DNA of 64,000 bases from Candidatus Methanomethylophilaceae archaeon (GCA_944320495.1 CALUHR010000009.1:32001-96000); one strand, 5' to 3'; positions 48,854 to 59,897 are shown, numbered from the stretch's first letter. Numbers and translations are program-made. Notes: generated by a model from the sequence alone, not told the origin.

Positions 48854-50779
48854 ATGTTCGAGATACTCAGGCGGGACGGACTCGCCAGGATAGGCAGGTT
48901 CACCGTCGGCGACAAGGTCGTCGAGACCCCGGCTCTGCTCCCGGTGGTCAACCCAAAGATCTGCACCGTGCCGCCCAGGGAGCTCCACGACAGGTTCGGA
49001 TTCAACGCTCTGATTACCAACTCATACATCATACGCAACATCCCCGAGCTCAAGGAGAAGGCCCAGGCCATGGGGCTGCACGAGATGCTCGACTTCCCCG
49101 GGGTCATCATGACGGATTCCGGCACGTTCCAGAGCCACATGTACGGCGAGGTCGAGGTCACCAACGAGGAGATCGTCGAGTTCCAGAAGTCCATCGGCAC
49201 GGACATAGGCACGGTCCTCGACGTGTTCACGGAGCCGGACTGGTCCCATGAGAAGACCAAGCGCTCCCTGGAGACCACCCTCGAGAGGACGAGGAAGGCG
49301 TGCGAGATCAAGGGGAAGATGATGATCAACGGCGTCGTGCAGGGTTCCATCTACACCGATCTCCGCGAGTACAGCGCCTCCGCCATGGCCGACATGGACG
49401 TGGACGTCCACCCCGTCGGAGGCGTTGTGCCGCTGATGGAGCAGTACCGCTACTCCGAGCTGGTCGATGTGGTCATGGCATCGAAGAAGGGTCTCAACCC
49501 CTCGCGCCCGGTACATCTCTTCGGCGCCGGGCATCCGATGATCCTCGCTCTGGCAACGCTGATGGGCTGCGACCTCTTCGATTCCGCATCCTACGCCAAG
49601 TTCGCCAGGGACGACAGGATGATGTTCCTCGACGGGACGTTCAGGCTCCAGGACATGCAGACACTGGACTGCGGATGTCCCGCCTGCCAGGGCCACACCC
49701 TTCAGGACCTCAGGAAGATGAGCAAGAACGCCCGCACCAAGCTCATCGCCGAGCACAACCTCTACCAGATCACGCAGGAGCTGGCACTCGTCAAGAGATA
49801 CCTCCGCGAGGGCAGGCTCTGGGAGCTCGCCGAGATCCGCTGCCGCGCCCACCCGGCGCTGCTCGACGGTCTCAGGAGGCTGAGGGAGTGGCAGGACCTC
49901 ATGGAGCGCTACGATCCCATAAGCAGGGAGGGGGCGGTGTTCTACACAGGTCCGGAGACCCGCGCCAGGCCGGTCTACATGAGATACGCCGAGAGGCTGA
50001 ACTCCAGATACGTCCCCGAGACCAGGAAGGCCGCGTTGTTCCCCGAGCCCTCGGGCAAGCCGTACAGCAGACCGTACGCGGAGGAGTTCGCCAGGGTCCG
50101 CCGCGCAGGGTACACCCCGGTGGTGGCCAGCCCGTGGGGTCCCGTCCCCGCCGAGCTGGATGAACTCTATCCTCTGGCGCAGTCCGTCTTCCCGGAGTGC
50201 CAGGACCGCGAGACCCAGGAGGAGTCCGAGAGGCTCACCGCCGAGTTCCTGGAGTCAAAGTTCGACGTGGCCGTGGAGTACGACCAGGTCCCGGATGCAG
50301 AGGGGGAGGATGTCGATGCGGACAAGATCCGTGCCAAGGCCGTCGCCCGCTACCAGTTCGGCATCGATGCCGCCGATGCGCTGTTCAGGGAGCCCATCGA
50401 GCTCGTGAAGTCGAAGAAGACGGGGAAGATCCGCAACGTCATATCCGACGGGGAGCACGTCCTCTCCATGCGTGCCGGCGATGGGATGTACACCCTCAGG
50501 ATGGAGGGCGCCAAGAGGATCGTCGCCGCCGTGTCCGCGCCCTACATGCGCGTCGCGGTGGTCGAGGACTCCGTCCCGTTCGTATCGGAGGGGAGGAACG
50601 CGTTCGCACAGTTCGTGCTCTCCTGCGATCCCGACATCCGCCCGATGGAGGAGGTCATCGTGACCGACCCGTCGGACAGGCCCATCGCCACAGGCAGGGC
50701 GTTCCTGACCGCTTTCGAGATGGGCTCGATGAAGAAGGGGATGGCCGTCAAGGTCAGGTCCGGCTCGGACGACGAATGA
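48854..50779 (+). CDS. tgtA: Archaeosine tRNA-guanine(15) transglycosylase with PUA domain
   Basis: TDSGTFQ, GTDIGT.LD, HLFGAGHP, DLFDSA and CGCPAC..H motifs; C-terminal PUA. Confidence 0.95.
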   Translation: MFEILRRDGLARIGRFTVGDKVVETPALLPVVNPKICTVPPRELHDRFGFNALITNSYIIRNIPELKEKAQAMGLHEMLDFPGVIMTDSGTFQSHMYGEVEVTNEEIVEFQKSIGTDIGTVLDVFTEPDWSHEKTKRSLETTLERTRKACEIKGKMMINGVVQGSIYTDLREYSASAMADMDVDVHPVGGVVPLMEQYRYSELVDVVMASKKGLNPSRPVHLFGAGHPMILALATLMGCDLFDSASYAKFARDDRMMFLDGTFRLQDMQTLDCGCPACQGHTLQDLRKMSKNARTKLIAEHNLYQITQELALVKRYLREGRLWELAEIRCRAHPALLDGLRRLREWQDLMERYDPISREGAVFYTGPETRARPVYMRYAERLNSRYVPETRKAALFPEPSGKPYSRPYAEEFARVRRAGYTPVVASPWGPVPAELDELYPLAQSVFPECQDRETQEESERLTAEFLESKFDVAVEYDQVPDAEGEDVDADKIRAKAVARYQFGIDAADALFREPIELVKSKKTGKIRNVISDGEHVLSMRAGDGMYTLRMEGAKRIVAAVSAPYMRVAVVEDSVPFVSEGRNAFAQFVLSCDPDIRPMEEVIVTDPSDRPIATGRAFLTAFEMGSMKKGMAVKVRSGSDDE

Positions 50780-50788
50780 CCGGGCCAC

Positions 50789-50808
50789 GGGGGCGCGTCG
50801 GCGCCCCC
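50789..50808. terminator. Hairpin between convergent genes
   Basis: GGGGGCGC-GTCG-GCGCCCCC. Confidence 0.6.
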
Positions 50809-50824
50809 GGCCCCAAAAACGATT

Positions 50825-52042
50825 TCAGCTCTCTGAGACCGACGCTGCAATGGCGTCGGCCAGCGCCTCCAGTTCGGGCACCTGCTCCGGTGCCAGGGAG
50901 GACTTTATCGTCAGGGTCTCGCCGACCTTGGTCATGCCCTTCATGCCGGACACGCGCTCCTCGATGATCCTGTCGGCCTGGGGCGCCCAGGAGCCGTTGC
51001 CGATGACGGAGTACCTCCTGTTCTGGACCGCCATGATCTCCATGTCCTCTATCGTGGAGGACATCGACGGGTGCAGGGCGTTGTTGTACGTCGTGGATGC
51101 GAACACGATGTTGGTGAAGCGGAATGCGTCCGCCACCGCGTAGGACGGATGCTCGACGGTCATGCTGTGCATGGTGACGTTCTCCACGCCGCGCTCCTTC
51201 AGCATGATGGCGAGCCTCTCGGCGACCGCCGCGGTGTTCCCGTAGACGGAGGTGTAGGCTATGGTCACACCCCTCTCCTCGGGCTCGTATCTGCTCCAGA
51301 GGTCGTACTTGCCGAGTATGTATCCGAGGTCGCTCCTCCATATGGGCCCGTGGAGCGGGCAGATCATGTCGATGGGGACGTCCTTCAGCTTGGCGATGAC
51401 GTTCTGGACCTTCGCCCCGTACTTCCCGACTATGTTCGCGTAGTACCTCCTGGCCTCGTTCAGGTAGTCCCTGTCGAAGTCGGTCTCGTCCGCATAGAGC
51501 GCTCCGGAGACCGCCTTGAACGTCCCGAAAGCGTCGGCCGAGAAGAGGATCCTCTCGCCCACGTCGTAGGTGAACATGACCTCGGGCCAGTGGACCATCA
51601 CGGCGAAGTAGAACCTCAGGGTGTGTTTCCCCACTACGAGCTCGTCGCCCTCCTTGACGACCATCCTGTTCTTCGGGCTGATGCGGTAGAAGTTCTCCAG
51701 CATGTCGAAGGTTTTGGAGTTCCCGACCACGGTGACCTCCGGCCAGGCTTCGAGTACCTGTGTGATGCAGGCGCCGTGGTCCGGCTCCATGTGGTTGATG
51801 ATCAGGTAGTCCAGGTCCCTCCCGTCCATGGTCTTGCGGAGGTTCCTCCAGAACTTCGAGGCGATGGAGGAGTCCACAGTGTCAAGGAGGCACGTCTTTC
51901 CCTCGGAGCTGATGAGGTACGAGTTGTACGAGACCCCCTCGGGTATCGGGAACGCTCCCTCGAAAATCGTGGCGGTGCGGTCGTCCCCGCCGATCCAGAA
52001 GATGTCGTCCCTTATGGGCACGGCCGTATCCTTAGGTATCAT
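50825..52042 (-). CDS. fprA: Flavodiiron protein (FprA type)
   Basis: GVSYNSYLI, INHMEPDH, VHWPE, SADAFG, PLHGP and YTSVYGNT motifs. Confidence 0.93.
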   Translation of the reverse strand: MIPKDTAVPIRDDIFWIGGDDRTATIFEGAFPIPEGVSYNSYLISSEGKTCLLDTVDSSIASKFWRNLRKTMDGRDLDYLIINHMEPDHGACITQVLEAWPEVTVVGNSKTFDMLENFYRISPKNRMVVKEGDELVVGKHTLRFYFAVMVHWPEVMFTYDVGERILFSADAFGTFKAVSGALYADETDFDRDYLNEARRYYANIVGKYGAKVQNVIAKLKDVPIDMICPLHGPIWRSDLGYILGKYDLWSRYEPEERGVTIAYTSVYGNTAAVAERLAIMLKERGVENVTMHSMTVEHPSYAVADAFRFTNIVFASTTYNNALHPSMSSTIEDMEIMAVQNRRYSVIGNGSWAPQADRIIEERVSGMKGMTKVGETLTIKSSLAPEQVPELEALADAIAASVSES

Positions 52043-52113
52043 GCGGGTGCGGAGGTCTCCCGGGCTTAAAGAAGATGGCCCGGGGACCTCGGATGGAATG
52101 TCTGTTAACGCCG

Positions 52114-52647
52114 TTATGACCTGTAGTACACCGACCTCTTCATGGGGAGGACGTTCTCGCAGGTCTCGGCGACCTCCGTGAGCTCGGAGGGCATGTCGTC
52201 GACGACGGGCTGGTGCTCCGTGTCTGACAGGACGGCGAAGGTCGGGCTCCTGGACGAGAACTGGAGCCTCATGGCCTCCGCGGTGTCCCCGCCCATTCTC
52301 TCCGACAGTGTGGAATCCCAGCCCTCGGGCGCCCAGTCCTCCAGCCTCTGGTAGTACGCGTCCAGGGCGACCTCCACCTTGGATGCGGTAACCGCGATGC
52401 CCATGTCCGGTCTTCCGACGACCCATTCGGCGAAGAGCCTGGCGCCCTGCCCGTGCTCCAGACGGCCGACGCATGTCCAGAACGGATCGAAGTCGAGTCC
52501 GAGATTCCGGGCGGCCTCGGCGGGCAGCCCCGGTCTGACGAGGGTGCATCTGCCTTCGCCAACCCACCATCTGATGCGGTTGTGGTCTGCGGGGAACCAG
52601 ATGTGCCCCGCCCTCTGCATGGCCTCCGGGCTGTCGTCGTAGCTCAT
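52114..52647 (-). CDS. Hypothetical protein
   Basis: 177-aa ORF; no family recognised. Confidence 0.6.
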   Translation of the reverse strand: MSYDDSPEAMQRAGHIWFPADHNRIRWWVGEGRCTLVRPGLPAEAARNLGLDFDPFWTCVGRLEHGQGARLFAEWVVGRPDMGIAVTASKVEVALDAYYQRLEDWAPEGWDSTLSERMGGDTAEAMRLQFSSRSPTFAVLSDTEHQPVVDDMPSELTEVAETCENVLPMKRSVYYRS

Positions 52648-52796
52648 GGGGCTCGCATTCCGATGTCTTCATAATAAAAGGGCGCACGGGACGGACGGGG
52701 ATTAAGCCCGGTTGAGGGCCTGATGTAATAAAATGGGCAGTTGGAACCGTCATCCAAATATAATTCGCGGTGCATGCCAGACGTAGGTGTGAGCTA

Positions 52797-53426
52797 GTGG
52801 ACAAGGTAGAGATGTCGCCCATCCTCCTCTCTCCCGGCAACAGGCTGGTGACGGTCTTCGGAGGGGGTAGGGTCGCCCTTCGCAAATGCCGCCATTTTGA
52901 CGGATTCAGGATACGCGTGGTCTCCGAGGAGGTCATGCCCGAGCTGAGGGAGCTGGCGGAGGAGGTCCTCATCGATTCCATCGACAGGGACAACGTCCTG
53001 CGCTACATCGAGGGGTCCGACATCGTCGTGGCCGCCACGTCCGACCACGCGCTCAACGATATGATAAGGGACACCGCTATGTCCCGGGGGATAATGACCA
53101 ACTCCGCCCACGGCGGAGGGGACGTCCTAATACCATCGACCCTCCACAGGGACGGCTGGACGGTCTGCGTGTCATCCGAGGGTCGCGTCCCGGCGTTCCC
53201 ACCCTATGTGATCGAGAGGATCGACGAGATGCTCGACCCATCGTACGATGCGATGCTGGCACTGCTGGTCGACCTGAGGGTCGTCATAAGGGAGAGGATA
53301 CCCACGCAGCCAGGTAGGGCGGAGTTCCTCGCAGGGGTGCTCGCAGATGAGGACGTCTGGGACCTCCTGAGGGAGGGCCGCGGCGGGGAGGCGAGGGAGC
53401 TGGCTCTCGCGAGGGGAGGTCTCCGA
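52797..53426 (+). CDS. sirC: Precorrin-2 dehydrogenase (SirC/CysG N-terminal type); CGA 53424-53426 is directly followed by TGA
   Basis: VFGGGRVALRK, VVAATSD and VCVSSEG.P motifs. Start uncertain (GTG 52797 or ATG 52812). Confidence 0.85.
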
Positions 53427-54667
53427 TGATAGTTAGCATGCATGTTACGCACACCTCGGCCGGAGGCACGACGGGTCTGAACGACGTCGTCCCGAGGCTG
53501 GAGGAGGAGGCGGCCAAACGTCTGCCGGGCATACAGTGGATCTCGGAGTACGTGGTGGTCCGCACCTGCAACCGTTTCGAGATTTACGCCGCCACTGGCA
53601 GCAACCTCTCGGTCAGGGAGTTCTTCGATTCGATGATCAGGACGATAGTCCCCTCGTCGAACATCTCGTACACGCTGGACGACAGGGACAGCATCAAGCA
53701 CCTCTTCAGGGTGGTCTGCGGTCTGGACTCCCTCATCGTCGGCGAGGACCAGATCCAGCATCAGGTCCGTGAGTCGTACATGAGGGCGAGAGAGGAGGGA
53801 CATGTCGGAAGCATGCTCTCCCATCTGTTCGACAAGGCGATGGCCGTCGGCAAAAGGGTCAGGACCGAGACGTCCCTGAACAAGGGGGCCGTATCGGTGG
53901 GATCCGCGGCGGTGGAGCTGGCCGAGGGTCGTCTGGGGGACCTGTCCGGCAAGAGCATCACGATCCTGGGGGCGGGCGACATAGCGTCCGTCATCGCGAA
54001 GAACCTTATGGGCAAGAACCTGGGCACCGTCGTCGTCTCCAACCGTACGTACAGCCGCGCCATAGAGCTGGCGAGCGAGCTGGGCGGCAAGGCCGTCAGC
54101 ATGGCCAGGATGACCGACGCCGTGGCGGACTCGGACGTTGTCCTGGTGGCCACGGGCGCACCGCACGCCGTGCTCAAGTGCAGTCATGTCAGCGAGGCCA
54201 TGGCAAGGAGACCGGACCGCCCGCTGCTTGTGATCGATGTAAGCATACCCAGGAACACCGAGGACTCGGTGTCCGGGATACCGAACGTCGACGTGGAGAA
54301 CATGGACTCGCTGCAGTCCATAGCCATGAGGAACGTCGAGCGCCGCAAGTCGGAGATCGCCGCCGCCGAGAGGATCATCACGGAGGAGCTGGCGAAGATC
54401 GACTCGGAGCAGAAGGAGCAGTACGCCAACGACGTCATCAGGCGCATTGGGATCAAGCTCGCGGGCATACGCGAGCATGAGCTTGGAACCGCTAGGTCTC
54501 GTGTGGGTTCCGCCGACATGGAGGAGATCCTCGAAGACCTGTCAAGGGCGATGGTCAACAAGATCACCGCCGAGCTTTACAAGAATCTGAGGGAGGCATC
54601 CCGCGACGGCCGCATGGAGACTTGCGGCGCCGCTGTGGAGCTCTTCGGACTGGAGGATTCGGAATGA
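53426..54667 (+). CDS. hemA: Glutamyl-tRNA reductase
   Basis: RTCNRFE, GLDSLIVGEDQI, ILGAG and DVSIPRN motifs. Confidence 0.96.
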   Translation: MIVSMHVTHTSAGGTTGLNDVVPRLEEEAAKRLPGIQWISEYVVVRTCNRFEIYAATGSNLSVREFFDSMIRTIVPSSNISYTLDDRDSIKHLFRVVCGLDSLIVGEDQIQHQVRESYMRAREEGHVGSMLSHLFDKAMAVGKRVRTETSLNKGAVSVGSAAVELAEGRLGDLSGKSITILGAGDIASVIAKNLMGKNLGTVVVSNRTYSRAIELASELGGKAVSMARMTDAVADSDVVLVATGAPHAVLKCSHVSEAMARRPDRPLLVIDVSIPRNTEDSVSGIPNVDVENMDSLQSIAMRNVERRKSEIAAAERIITEELAKIDSEQKEQYANDVIRRIGIKLAGIREHELGTARSRVGSADMEEILEDLSRAMVNKITAELYKNLREASRDGRMETCGAAVELFGLEDSE

Positions 54668-55632
54668 TGTACCCGGAAGTTCGCCTCAGGAGGCTGAGGC
54701 AGAGTCAGAGGATGAGGGACCTGGTCTGCGAGACGCGCGTCAGCAAGGACGAGCTCATGCTCCCCATGTTCTTCGATGCGAACATCGGCGAGACGAAGTA
54801 CACGGACTCCATGCCCGGCGTGCCGACCCACCCGCTCAGCGGATACGACGCCATCGCGTCCGGCATCCAGGACAGCGGTGTCGGGTCGGTCCTGGTCTTC
54901 GGCGTCCCATCGCACAAGGACCCCACGGGCACCGGCGCCTATGAGGAGCACGGCGTGGTCCAGAAGGCCATCGAGGGCCTCAAGGAGAACTCGGACCTGC
55001 TGGTCGCGGCCGATCTCTGCCTGTGCGAGTACACCGACCACGGTCACTGCGGGGTCCTCACGGAGGATGGGGAGGTGCTCAACGACGAGACCCTCGACCT
55101 CTACGCGAGGACCGCCGTCTCCCAGGCCCAGGCCGGTGCGGACATGATCGCACCCAGCGGCATGATGGACGGCGAGGTCGCCGCCATCAGGCAGGCCCTG
55201 GACGACGCCGGGTTCAAGAACGTCCCCATCATGGGTTACAGCGCCAAGTTCCAGTCCGCGTTCTACGGACCGTTCCGCGACATCGCGGACTCCGCTCCCG
55301 GCAAGGGGGACCGCGCCGGATACCAGATGGCCTGGGGCAACGCCCGCGAGGCCATGAGGGAGATCGAGTTCGACATCGCCGAGGGCGCGGACATCATCAT
55401 GGTCAAGCCCGCCCTGCCCTATCTGGACATAATCAGGATGGCGAGGGACCGCTACGACATGCCCATAGCCGCCTACCAGGTCTCTGGCGAGTACGCCATG
55501 ATCAAGGCCGCGGCCGCCAACGGATGGATCGACGAGCAGCGCATCATGCGCGAGTCCATCACCGCGATCAAGCGCGCCGGCGCCGACATCATAATCACCT
55601 ATTTCGCCGAGGACATGGCGAGGATGCTCTGA
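54664..55632 (+). CDS. hemB: Porphobilinogen synthase
   Basis: DLCLCEYTDHGHCG, APSGMMDG, FYGPFRD and MVKPA motifs. Confidence 0.97.
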   Translation: MMYPEVRLRRLRQSQRMRDLVCETRVSKDELMLPMFFDANIGETKYTDSMPGVPTHPLSGYDAIASGIQDSGVGSVLVFGVPSHKDPTGTGAYEEHGVVQKAIEGLKENSDLLVAADLCLCEYTDHGHCGVLTEDGEVLNDETLDLYARTAVSQAQAGADMIAPSGMMDGEVAAIRQALDDAGFKNVPIMGYSAKFQSAFYGPFRDIADSAPGKGDRAGYQMAWGNAREAMREIEFDIAEGADIIMVKPALPYLDIIRMARDRYDMPIAAYQVSGEYAMIKAAAANGWIDEQRIMRESITAIKRAGADIIITYFAEDMARML

Positions 55633-55636
55633 TACC

Positions 55637-56905
55637 ATGGACCAGTCTGCGAAGCTCTACGAGGAGTCCCGCGGGCTCGCGCCCGGAGGCGTCAGCAGCC
55701 CCGTCAGGATGTTCCAGCCCAACCCCCTCTTCATCGCGAAGGGCCAGGGGTCCAGGGTCACCGACGTCGACGGCGAGGAGTTCATCGACCTGTGCATGGC
55801 GTACGGGCCTCTCATCGCCGGCCACGCACATCCTGAGGTCACTGCCGCGGTGCAGGAGCAGATCGTCAAGGGAACCGTCTACGGCGCCCCGTCCGAGCCC
55901 GAGCTGGCGCTAGTGAGGAGGATCGCCTCGGCGGTCCCATCGGCGGACATGGTCCGTCTGGCCAACTCCGGCACGGAGGCCACAATGCACGCGATACGCA
56001 CCGCTCGCGGGTACACGGGCAGGTTCGGCGTCGTGAAGATGAACGGCGGGTTCCACGGGGCGCACGACGCCGTCCTCGTCAAGGCCGGCTCCGGATCGGC
56101 CGAGGGGGTCCCCTCCTCGAAGGGCGTCCCGTCGGGTGCCACCCAGTACACCCACACCGTCGAGTACAACGACATCCAGGCCATGAGCGACCTCCTCGAG
56201 AAGGACAAGGACATCGCCTGTGTCATCATGGAGCCGGTCCTCGGAAACGTCGGCGTGATCCCTCCGGAGGAGGGCTACCTCGAGGAGGTCAGGAAGGTCA
56301 CGCGCGAGAACGACGTGGTCCTGATCTTCGACGAGGTCATCACCGGCTTCCGTCTCGGGCCCAACTGCGCTCAGGGCCGCTTCGGCGTGACCCCGGACAT
56401 GACCACCATGGGCAAGATCATCGGCGGCGGCTATCCCGCCGGCGCGTTCGCTGGAAGGCGCGACATCATGGAGATGGTCGCTCCGCAGGGCCCCGTCTAC
56501 GTCGCTGGGACCTTCGCCGGCAACCCGGTCACGGCCGCAGCCGGACTGGCCACCATCGACCTCATGGCCAGGGGGGACAACTATCAGACCCTGGAGAGGA
56601 GGAGCGACAGGCTCACCTCCGCGATCCGCGACGCCATGGCCGACAGCGGCGTGCCCGGATGCGTGAACTCCATCGGATCGATGTTCTCGATCTACTTCGG
56701 ACCGGAGCAGGTCCGCAACGCCACCGACGCCGAGAGGACGGACCGCGAGGTCTTCGGCAGGATGTTCCGCTACATGCTGAAGCACGGCGTCTACATGGCA
56801 CCGTCCGCACTGGAGGACAGCTTCGTGTCCATCGCGCACACGGATGAGGACATCGACACCCTCTGCGAGGCCTTCTCCGGATTCATGAGAGAGGAGTCCA
56901 GATGA
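55637..56905 (+). CDS. hemL: Glutamate-1-semialdehyde 2,1-aminomutase
   Basis: PGGVSSPVR, NSGTEAT, FDEVITGFR and GKIIGGGYP motifs. Confidence 0.97.
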   Translation: MDQSAKLYEESRGLAPGGVSSPVRMFQPNPLFIAKGQGSRVTDVDGEEFIDLCMAYGPLIAGHAHPEVTAAVQEQIVKGTVYGAPSEPELALVRRIASAVPSADMVRLANSGTEATMHAIRTARGYTGRFGVVKMNGGFHGAHDAVLVKAGSGSAEGVPSSKGVPSGATQYTHTVEYNDIQAMSDLLEKDKDIACVIMEPVLGNVGVIPPEEGYLEEVRKVTRENDVVLIFDEVITGFRLGPNCAQGRFGVTPDMTTMGKIIGGGYPAGAFAGRRDIMEMVAPQGPVYVAGTFAGNPVTAAAGLATIDLMARGDNYQTLERRSDRLTSAIRDAMADSGVPGCVNSIGSMFSIYFGPEQVRNATDAERTDREVFGRMFRYMLKHGVYMAPSALEDSFVSIAHTDEDIDTLCEAFSGFMREESR

Positions 56906-57777
56906 GGGTAGGCTCCAGGGAGTCCAAGCTGGCGATGCGCCAGACCGAGATCTTCGTCCAGCGCATGGCTGTGGCGAACCCGGACGTGACGTGCGAGGTC
57001 GTCGGGATGAAGGCCCTGGGGGACATCGACCTGAAGTCCAGGTTGGACCAGCTCCCGAAGACCGGGGCCTTCGTCCGCGAGCTGGATGACGCGATCCTCC
57101 GCGGGGAGATCGACTGCTCGGTGAACTCCCTGAAGGACATCCCCATCGACATGGACCCGGAGCTCGTCATCGCGGCCATGTTCGACAGGGACGACCCCCG
57201 GGATGTCGTACTGCCGTGCCCCCTCGAGGAGCTCCCCGAGGGCGCCCGCGTGGGCACGGCGTCCGTCCGCAGGGAGAGCATCCTCAGGGACGTCAGGCCC
57301 GACCTCGTGATCGAGCCGCTGAGGGGCAACATCCACACGCGCCTCTCCCGTCTCGATGCGGGGGACTTCGACGCGATCATACTCGCCAAGGCAGGTCTGG
57401 ACAGGATGGGCATAGACAGGCCCATGCACGTCCTCGACGACACGGTGTTCGTGCCGGCCCCCGCCCAGGGCATCATAGCGGTCGAGTGCAGGTCCGATGA
57501 CCAGGAGACGCGCTCCAGGATCTCCAAGCTTGAGAGCCGCAGGTCCAGGGCCGAGGCGGGCGTCGAGCGCGGCATCATGAAGCTGATGGGTGCGGGGTGC
57601 TCCTCGCCCGTGGGAATAAACGCGAAGATGGTCGGTGACTCGATCCATGTCGAGGCCGTGTCATACACGTACACCGAGGAGCCGAGGAGGGTCTCCACGG
57701 ACCTCCCGGTCGACTACGTGATGGACGAGCTCCTGGATATCGCCGAGTACCTGACAGGCAGGAGGGATTCGATATGA
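56902..57777 (+). CDS. hemC: Hydroxymethylbilane synthase
   Basis: GSRESKLA, SLKDIP, LRGNI.TRL, PAPAQG and GCSSP motifs. Confidence 0.96.
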   Translation: MRVGSRESKLAMRQTEIFVQRMAVANPDVTCEVVGMKALGDIDLKSRLDQLPKTGAFVRELDDAILRGEIDCSVNSLKDIPIDMDPELVIAAMFDRDDPRDVVLPCPLEELPEGARVGTASVRRESILRDVRPDLVIEPLRGNIHTRLSRLDAGDFDAIILAKAGLDRMGIDRPMHVLDDTVFVPAPAQGIIAVECRSDDQETRSRISKLESRRSRAEAGVERGIMKLMGAGCSSPVGINAKMVGDSIHVEAVSYTYTEEPRRVSTDLPVDYVMDELLDIAEYLTGRRDSI

Positions 57778-58517
57778 CAGGCAAGGTTTATCTTGTGGGG
57801 GCGGGACCCGGCGACCTGGGCCTGTTCACCGTGAAAGGGCTGCAGCTGCTGAGGGAGGCCGACGTCGTCATGTACGACGCCCTGGCCAACCCCGACCTGC
57901 TCCGCGAGTGCAGGTCCGACGCGGAGCTGATAGACGCCGGCAAGCGCGCGCGGGACCATCATCTCAGCCAGTGGCAGACGAACGAGCTCCTGGTAAAGTA
58001 CGCCCAGGAGGGCAAGGTCGTCGTCCGTCTCAAGGGGGGCGACCCGTTCCTGTTCGGGCGCGGGGCCGAGGAGGCCGAGGAGCTGAGGAAGGCGGGGGCC
58101 GAGGTCCACGTCGTCCCCGGTGTGTCCTCGTCGATATCCGTTCCGGAGCTCGCCGGCATACCGGTCACGCACAGGGACTACGCGTCCATGGTGACCTTCA
58201 TCACAGGCCACGAGAAGGACGGCCGCGAGGGCGACCGCATCGACTGGGGGTCCCTTGTGAACGGCCACGGCACGCTCGTGATACTCATGGGCCTGGGCAA
58301 CGCCGGCAACATCTCCAGGCAGCTTATCGAGGGCGGCATGTCCCCAGACATGCCCGCCGCGGTCATATCCAAGGGCTCAACGCCCGAGCAGAGGGTCGAG
58401 GTCACCACCGTATCAGGTCTAGAGGCAACCATCCGCGACAAGGCGCTGGAGCCTCCGGGCATAATGGTCATCGGCGAGGTGGCCTCGGTCCGTGAGAGGC
58501 TGGGTGACCTGGTATGA
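57774..58517 (+). CDS. cobA: Uroporphyrinogen-III C-methyltransferase
   Basis: VGAGPGD, RLKGGDPFLFGRG, VPGVSS and ITGHE motifs. Confidence 0.96.
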   Translation: MTGKVYLVGAGPGDLGLFTVKGLQLLREADVVMYDALANPDLLRECRSDAELIDAGKRARDHHLSQWQTNELLVKYAQEGKVVVRLKGGDPFLFGRGAEEAEELRKAGAEVHVVPGVSSSISVPELAGIPVTHRDYASMVTFITGHEKDGREGDRIDWGSLVNGHGTLVILMGLGNAGNISRQLIEGGMSPDMPAAVISKGSTPEQRVEVTTVSGLEATIRDKALEPPGIMVIGEVASVRERLGDLV

Positions 58518-59278
58518 CCACGATAGGGTTCACCAGGCCGTCCAAGAGGCTCCCGGACGCCGTCAAGGAGGCGAGGGACCTCGGGTTCGACGTCATGGTG
58601 GCGCCGTCCCTGGAGATCCTCCCAGGCGAGGATTCGGAGTTCAAGAGGCTGGAGGAGTCGATCCCCGGGAGCATCGTCGTGTTCTGCTCTTCCACAGCGG
58701 TGGAGGAGTGCCAGGCGCGCTTCGGCAACGGTCTCGCGGGCATGGTCTCCGGGGTGAAGGTCGTGTCGATAGGCCCCGCCACCACGGCGAAGCTGAAGGC
58801 CGCGGGCATCGAGCCGTCGGCCGTCCCGGAGGACTACTCGTCCTACGGTCTCGTGGACCTCCTCAAGGGGGAGGCATCCGGTTCCCGCATCGTCCTGGTG
58901 AGGTCCGACAGCGGCACCGACGTGCTCTCCGACGGCCTCAGGGAGGCCGGTGCGGACGTCGTGGACGTCGCCGTCTACCGTCTCAGGGAGGCCGGCATGG
59001 GCAACGGCATGCTCCATATGATGATCTCCCTCAAGCAGGGGAAGATCGACGCTCTGGCGTTCTCCTCGCCCATGTCCGCGTCGTCCTTCATCTCGAAGCT
59101 CGAAGATCGCTACGGCAAGGAGAGGGCGGCGGAGTATCTTCACGGGACGAAGATCGCGGCCATAGGGCTGCCAACATCCAGGAAGCTGGAGGAACTGGGG
59201 TTCAAGCCCGACATAGTGCCGGAGAAGACGACCTTCCACGACATGCTGCTGGCCATCCGCGAGGAGTTCCAGCAGTGA
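58514..59278 (+). CDS. hemD: Uroporphyrinogen-III synthase
   Basis: FTRP, IGPAT, L..GLREAG..V..V.VY, FSSP and AIG.PT motifs; operon position. Confidence 0.9.
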   Translation: MTTIGFTRPSKRLPDAVKEARDLGFDVMVAPSLEILPGEDSEFKRLEESIPGSIVVFCSSTAVEECQARFGNGLAGMVSGVKVVSIGPATTAKLKAAGIEPSAVPEDYSSYGLVDLLKGEASGSRIVLVRSDSGTDVLSDGLREAGADVVDVAVYRLREAGMGNGMLHMMISLKQGKIDALAFSSPMSASSFISKLEDRYGKERAAEYLHGTKIAAIGLPTSRKLEELGFKPDIVPEKTTFHDMLLAIREEFQQ

Positions 59279-59285
59279 GAAAACA

Positions 59286-59300
59286 GGGGCCGATGGCCCC
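59286..59300. terminator. Hairpin after hemD
   Basis: GGGGCC-GAT-GGCCCC. Confidence 0.55.
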
Positions 59301-59304
59301 CACT

Positions 59305-59715
59305 TCACTGGTTCCCGAGCAGCCTGAAGCAGCACGGGACCTGGCGGCAGGCGTTGGTGAACAGATACACCTGCGTGTCCCTGCCCTTGAGCTTCTCGAG
59401 AGCTTTCTGCCAGTCCATCACGGGCACATCCTGCTCAACGATCCAGTTGATCCTGGTGTCCCCGGACGTCATGTCGTCCATGACGCGCACGAGGTCTCTG
59501 GCGAAGTCCACGTCGTTGTCGATGAGGAAGTCCCTGTCGAGCATCACGACCTTGGAGTCCGGCTCCTGTCTCTCTATCTCGCCTCTCACCAGGTCTATCA
59601 GGAATTGCATCCCGTCCGTGCGGAGGCCACCAATTGATCCAATGTTGCGGTCAGAAACGAAGCCGGACACCTTGTCGCGGGGGTCGCTCTCCGAAGGGCA
59701 GGACTGTATTAGCAT
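59305..59715 (-). CDS. Hypothetical protein, paralog-like to 60543-60875
   Basis: ATG at 59715; VSGFVSDRNIG motif. Confidence 0.6.
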   Translation of the reverse strand: MLIQSCPSESDPRDKVSGFVSDRNIGSIGGLRTDGMQFLIDLVRGEIERQEPDSKVVMLDRDFLIDNDVDFARDLVRVMDDMTSGDTRINWIVEQDVPVMDWQKALEKLKGRDTQVYLFTNACRQVPCCFRLLGNQ

Positions 59716-59897
59716 GAGGTCCGGATGCGCATCGGCGATAGAAATCGATTGGGGTGGATACCACAGGGCGATGGGAACTGGATATGGACGATTAATGATG
59801 TAAGAATTATAAATGATAGACAATAGCTTATAATCCTGTTTGTACACGCTCAGATATAAGTAGAACGACAATCCTATACTTCAGCCGAGGTTATCCA